This document shows positions 60,742 through 64,000 of a stretch of 64,000 bases of DNA, one piece after another. The notes below the pieces were generated by a model. It saw only the letters and a list, made by a program, of their open reading frames with translations. It made no database searches and was not told the DNA's origin. The stretch is from assembly GCA_963769935.1 (NCBI GenBank), contig CAVYNY010000034.1:79006-143005 (forward strand), in the 5' to 3' direction. The stretch is from an uncultured delta proteobacterium (GTDB taxonomy: Bacteria > Desulfobacterota > Desulfobacteria > Desulfobacterales > JAFDCJ01). The translations under genes were made by a program, and so were the position numbers. Within the stretch, counting starts at the first letter, position 1. The number at the start of each line of letters is the position of its first letter.

Positions 60742-60913
60742 GCTTCTTACCTCCTTGATTTCTTGATGCTGGGAATTAAAATGATTGATGAAAAAACTGA
60801 TACCTCAAAAAATCTCCTGTAATTTTATGAATCCTTAGAAATTGCCGGTCGCCTAACTGCCCCCCCTCATCTTCCAAAATCGTTTGTATTAATTTTTTGC
60901 TTATATTAGCCAT

Positions 60914-61102
60914 TCAACCTTTTTTGACCATCGCCTCAAGGGCTTGCCAATCCTCGGGATCAATATCGCTGATCAGTTTTTTAATTGTCCGGTATTTTCT
61001 GATCCCGACGAACAGCACTGTAACCGAAATAACCACAAGCATTATTCCGAATATGTTTATCCAGAAAGACCAAGTGCGTTGGGTTTCGATCCTGATGTTG
61101 GA
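60914..61102 (-). pseudogene. Possible 3' remnant of a small membrane protein (DUF202/YidH-like tail)
   Basis: WINIFGIMLVVISVTVLFVGIRKYRTIKKLI...; in-frame stop immediately upstream. Confidence 0.35.
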
Positions 61103-61178
61103 TTAACCGCAGATGGCAGTCTATCGTAGGTTGCGTATAGGAACGAAACCCAACAAAATCCCGCCGGCCATAACGCTC

Positions 61179-62168
61179 TCATTCTTCGGGAAAGATGGTC
61201 TTCCAGTCGTTCTTCATGCTGATGAGCTGCCAGCCGCGCTCCTTGGCGAGCGGCAGGCCTTTGCACAGCCGCCCGACCTTGGTGTCGCACGTATAAGCGT
61301 ATTCGCGCCTGGCGTCGTCGTGAAGCACCAGCATCTCCAGGTGGGCACCTTTTCCGCTGTCAGTATATTGCAGCATCTCGATGTCGCCGTCGGAGTTGCC
61401 GAACGCGGCGACCGGGCGGCGGCCGATGTGCTGATTGATGCCGACCGGTTTGCCGGCTTTGTCGTCAATGAAGTTGATTTCCGGCAGGCGCACGAGCACG
61501 GACGCGCCGTCGCGCAGCTCAAATTTCGTCTTGATACTGCTGCCGATGACCTGCTCGGGTGGAACGCCGTAGATCCTTTCGGTCCATGGGCGCATGAATT
61601 CGATGCCGCCGCCGGAGACGATGAAGGTCTTAAAGCCATTGGCGCGCAGATAGGCAAGCAGTTCAAGCATCGGCTGATAGACCATCTCCGTGTAAAGCCG
61701 GCCGGTCTTGGGGTGCCTGGCCGTGGCCAGCCAGTCCAGCACGATTTGGGAAAACGCGTCGGTGGTCATACCGGCGTGGGTGGCCATGATAATTTCGAGC
61801 AGCGCGTGCTCGCCGCCCGCCATGACGGTCTCGAGGTCGCCTTCGAGCACGGCCTTAAAGGGCTGCTCGTTTTTCCATGCGGGATGCGCCGGCGCAAGTG
61901 CCTTCACGCGGTCGAGCGCGAACGCGAGCTGAACATACATGGGGTGCGAAGCCCACAGTGTGCCGTCGTTGTCGAAGACCGCGATGCGCTGTTCCGGCGG
62001 CACGAACTTCATGCTTGCCTTGTCGGTGGCGGTTTGCACAAATGCGATGATCGCCGACTTGGCAGCCCCGTCGTTCCAGGACGGAAGCGCATCGGTACCG
62101 GCCGCGGCCGTTGAGGCCGCCACCATCACGGCAAATAGGAATACGACAACGCGAGCCGCATTTCTCAT
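61179..62168 (-). CDS. Exported HAD-family hydrolase (non-specific acid phosphatase-like)
   Basis: Signal peptide; LPSWNDG, VFDNDGTLW, IVSGGG, GKPV, FGNSDGD. Confidence 0.9.
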   Translation of the reverse strand: MRNAARVVVFLFAVMVAASTAAAGTDALPSWNDGAAKSAIIAFVQTATDKASMKFVPPEQRIAVFDNDGTLWASHPMYVQLAFALDRVKALAPAHPAWKNEQPFKAVLEGDLETVMAGGEHALLEIIMATHAGMTTDAFSQIVLDWLATARHPKTGRLYTEMVYQPMLELLAYLRANGFKTFIVSGGGIEFMRPWTERIYGVPPEQVIGSSIKTKFELRDGASVLVRLPEINFIDDKAGKPVGINQHIGRRPVAAFGNSDGDIEMLQYTDSGKGAHLEMLVLHDDARREYAYTCDTKVGRLCKGLPLAKERGWQLISMKNDWKTIFPEE

Positions 62169-62260
62169 CGTATCATCCTCTTTGTTGCTTTATAATTAGG
62201 AGTGGGCGCCTTTTTTGCGGGGCGCCCGTTTCTTTGTTGCATCATACTGCCTTCGCGCAG

Positions 62261-63976
62261 TTACTCGCCCGCGTGGCTGATGTGTTTCGCAGACTGCATC
62301 GCCTCGATCACCTGATCCAGGTTGTAGCTCGCCGGCATCTGCAGTGATGGGAAGGTCCGGTAGGTCTCGAGTTCCTTCAGCCACAGCAGCTGCCCAATCG
62401 GCAGCAGGTTCCAGTCATAGATATACGCGGTGCTCGGGGCGGCCAGTGCGCCGCCGTAGGCCAGGAGGGTACCATCAACCGTCGCGACCGACCTTTCGAA
62501 GGGATCACGCTTGAGGTTGCTGACATAGGTCCAGTGATAGGTCTCTGGGGGGCCGAACGCCTCCGTCGCAATGGAAGAAACCATCGTGTAGTAGAACTTC
62601 CAGTTCTTGTACCGCACCGCCGAAGGTTTTGCACCGGTGTAGTAGAAGAACGTGTCGCGTGCCGAATCTGCCTTACCTTCCAGGTAATCCCGCTGATCGA
62701 CGCCGTCCAGCGTGGTCTTGACGATGCCGGGATACTTGCCGGCCTCAATCTGCTTCTTCAGGCCATCACCCGAAGGCCCGCCGGCGATGTTGACGAGGGT
62801 GGGCACCCAGTCCAGCGAGGAAAATATCTGGTCCGGATGCGTGCCGGCCTTGACGTGCCCCGGCCAGCGCACGAGCATCGGAGCCCGCATACCGCCTTCC
62901 CAGGTGGTGAGCTTGCCGCCCCGGAATGGCGTGACGCCGCCGTCGGGGTAGGTGATCGTCTCGGCGCCGTTGTCGGTGGTGAAGACAACGATGGTGTTGT
63001 CGAGCTCGCCCATATCCTCGAGCTTTTTCAGCACGTAGCCGATGTTGTCGTCCATCTGCTTCATGCCGGCTTCGTTGAGACCCCAGTCCTTGCCGCCTTT
63101 CTCGCCCAGCATGTCCATGTACTTGTCCGAGAGCATGGTCGTGACGTGCATGCGCGCCGGGTTATACCAGACGAAGAACGGCTTGCCGGTTTTCTCGGGG
63201 TCGTTGCGGTCGAGGAAGTCGATGACCTGGGCGGAGATTTCCTCGTCCACGGTCTTGGAACGTTCCAGCGTCAGCGGTCCTTCGTCCTTGCAGCTCTGGT
63301 TCTCCTCAGTGCCATCCGAGGACGTACAATGAAGAACCGGTCTCGGTGGCGTCATGCAGAGCCCGTCTTTCGGATCGATGGCACCGGGAACCTCTGGGAG
63401 ACCCTTGACCGGGGTATTCTTACAGGCTGGTACAACGGCTTGATCGGTCGAGGTGCTGTTGATATCCGGGAAGCTCACCCCCTGCATGGCGTCGAGGTGA
63501 TACAGGTAGCCCCAGAACTCCTGGAAACCGTGTGCCGTCGGCAGCGAGGCCGCTTTGTCGCCTAAGTGGTTCTTGCCGAATTCGCCGGTGTTGTAGCCGA
63601 GGTCCAGCAGGAATTTGGCCAGCGCGGGCGTGCCCGGCAACAGCGAACTGGTGGCACCCGGAAGCTGCGGCATGACCATGCCCGCCCGCAACGGATGCAT
63701 GCCGGTGAAGAAGGCGGTGCGGCCGGCCGTGCAGCTTTGCTCCGCATAATAGGTCATAAACCTCGCGCCTTCATTCGCGAGGCGATCGATGTTGGGCGTC
63801 TCCCCAACCATGAGTCCCTGATGGTAAGCGCCGACGTTCATGATGCCGATGTCATCGCCCATGATAAACAGGATGTTGGGTTTGTCGGCGGCGATTGCCG
63901 GATTGACCGATAGAGTCAACGCCACAGCAAGCGCCACAACCCAAAAGGTAACGGTTTTTCTTTCTGATGCTTTCAT
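62261..63976 (-). CDS. Exported arylsulfatase (Cys-type formylglycine)
   Basis: KPNILFIMGDD, SCTAGRTAFFTG, GKNHLG, TDNG, GGKLTTWEGG. Confidence 0.95.
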   Translation of the reverse strand: MKASERKTVTFWVVALAVALTLSVNPAIAADKPNILFIMGDDIGIMNVGAYHQGLMVGETPNIDRLANEGARFMTYYAEQSCTAGRTAFFTGMHPLRAGMVMPQLPGATSSLLPGTPALAKFLLDLGYNTGEFGKNHLGDKAASLPTAHGFQEFWGYLYHLDAMQGVSFPDINSTSTDQAVVPACKNTPVKGLPEVPGAIDPKDGLCMTPPRPVLHCTSSDGTEENQSCKDEGPLTLERSKTVDEEISAQVIDFLDRNDPEKTGKPFFVWYNPARMHVTTMLSDKYMDMLGEKGGKDWGLNEAGMKQMDDNIGYVLKKLEDMGELDNTIVVFTTDNGAETITYPDGGVTPFRGGKLTTWEGGMRAPMLVRWPGHVKAGTHPDQIFSSLDWVPTLVNIAGGPSGDGLKKQIEAGKYPGIVKTTLDGVDQRDYLEGKADSARDTFFYYTGAKPSAVRYKNWKFYYTMVSSIATEAFGPPETYHWTYVSNLKRDPFERSVATVDGTLLAYGGALAAPSTAYIYDWNLLPIGQLLWLKELETYRTFPSLQMPASYNLDQVIEAMQSAKHISHAGE

Positions 63977-64000
63977 TTTTAGCTCCTTTCTCTTTCCGAT

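Noticed and set aside
59296..63565. Long plus-strand ORFs 59296..60822, 61113..62114 and 62534..63565
   Set aside because: Antisense shadows of the GC-rich sulfatase and HAD genes; no recognisable motifs.

Overview
A 64-kb chromosomal window from an anaerobic bacterium, most likely a Desulfobacterales-type deltaproteobacterium (inferred from gene content: AOR, IorAB, TrpB2, a Sec-containing peroxiredoxin-like gene, sigma-54 sites). No rRNA, tRNA, CRISPR array or intact transposase is visible. Most of it is metabolic, transport or signalling: GltD-like oxidoreductase, AlaX, a Liv-type ABC/dehydratase/AOR cluster, EmrAB-type efflux, panE, moeB, htpG, acyl-CoA ligase, a beta-oxidation fusion, trpB2, serA and iorAB. 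The right end (about 50.4-64 kb) is an accessory region of ion channels, exported proteins and two sulfatases. Seven genes carry single-base frameshifts that look like assembly errors, and three carry clean in-frame deletions or fusions. The most interesting signals are: (1) an orphan 437-aa protein with archaeo-eukaryotic primase (AEP)-like motifs; (2) three unannotated structured non-coding RNA candidates (a ~255-nt GGA-rich multi-hairpin at 41.3-41.6 kb, a ~125-nt sigma-54-promoted RNA at 29.5 kb, and a possible pseudoknot 3' of a membrane protein/vWA gene pair at 21 kb); (3) a CorA/ZntB-K+-channel-pore fusion; (4) a UxxC selenoprotein split by the ORF caller; (5) short intergenic elements whose arms are degenerate 7-9-mer tandem repeats around a conserved core. 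All calls come from reading motifs by eye; no database searches were run.
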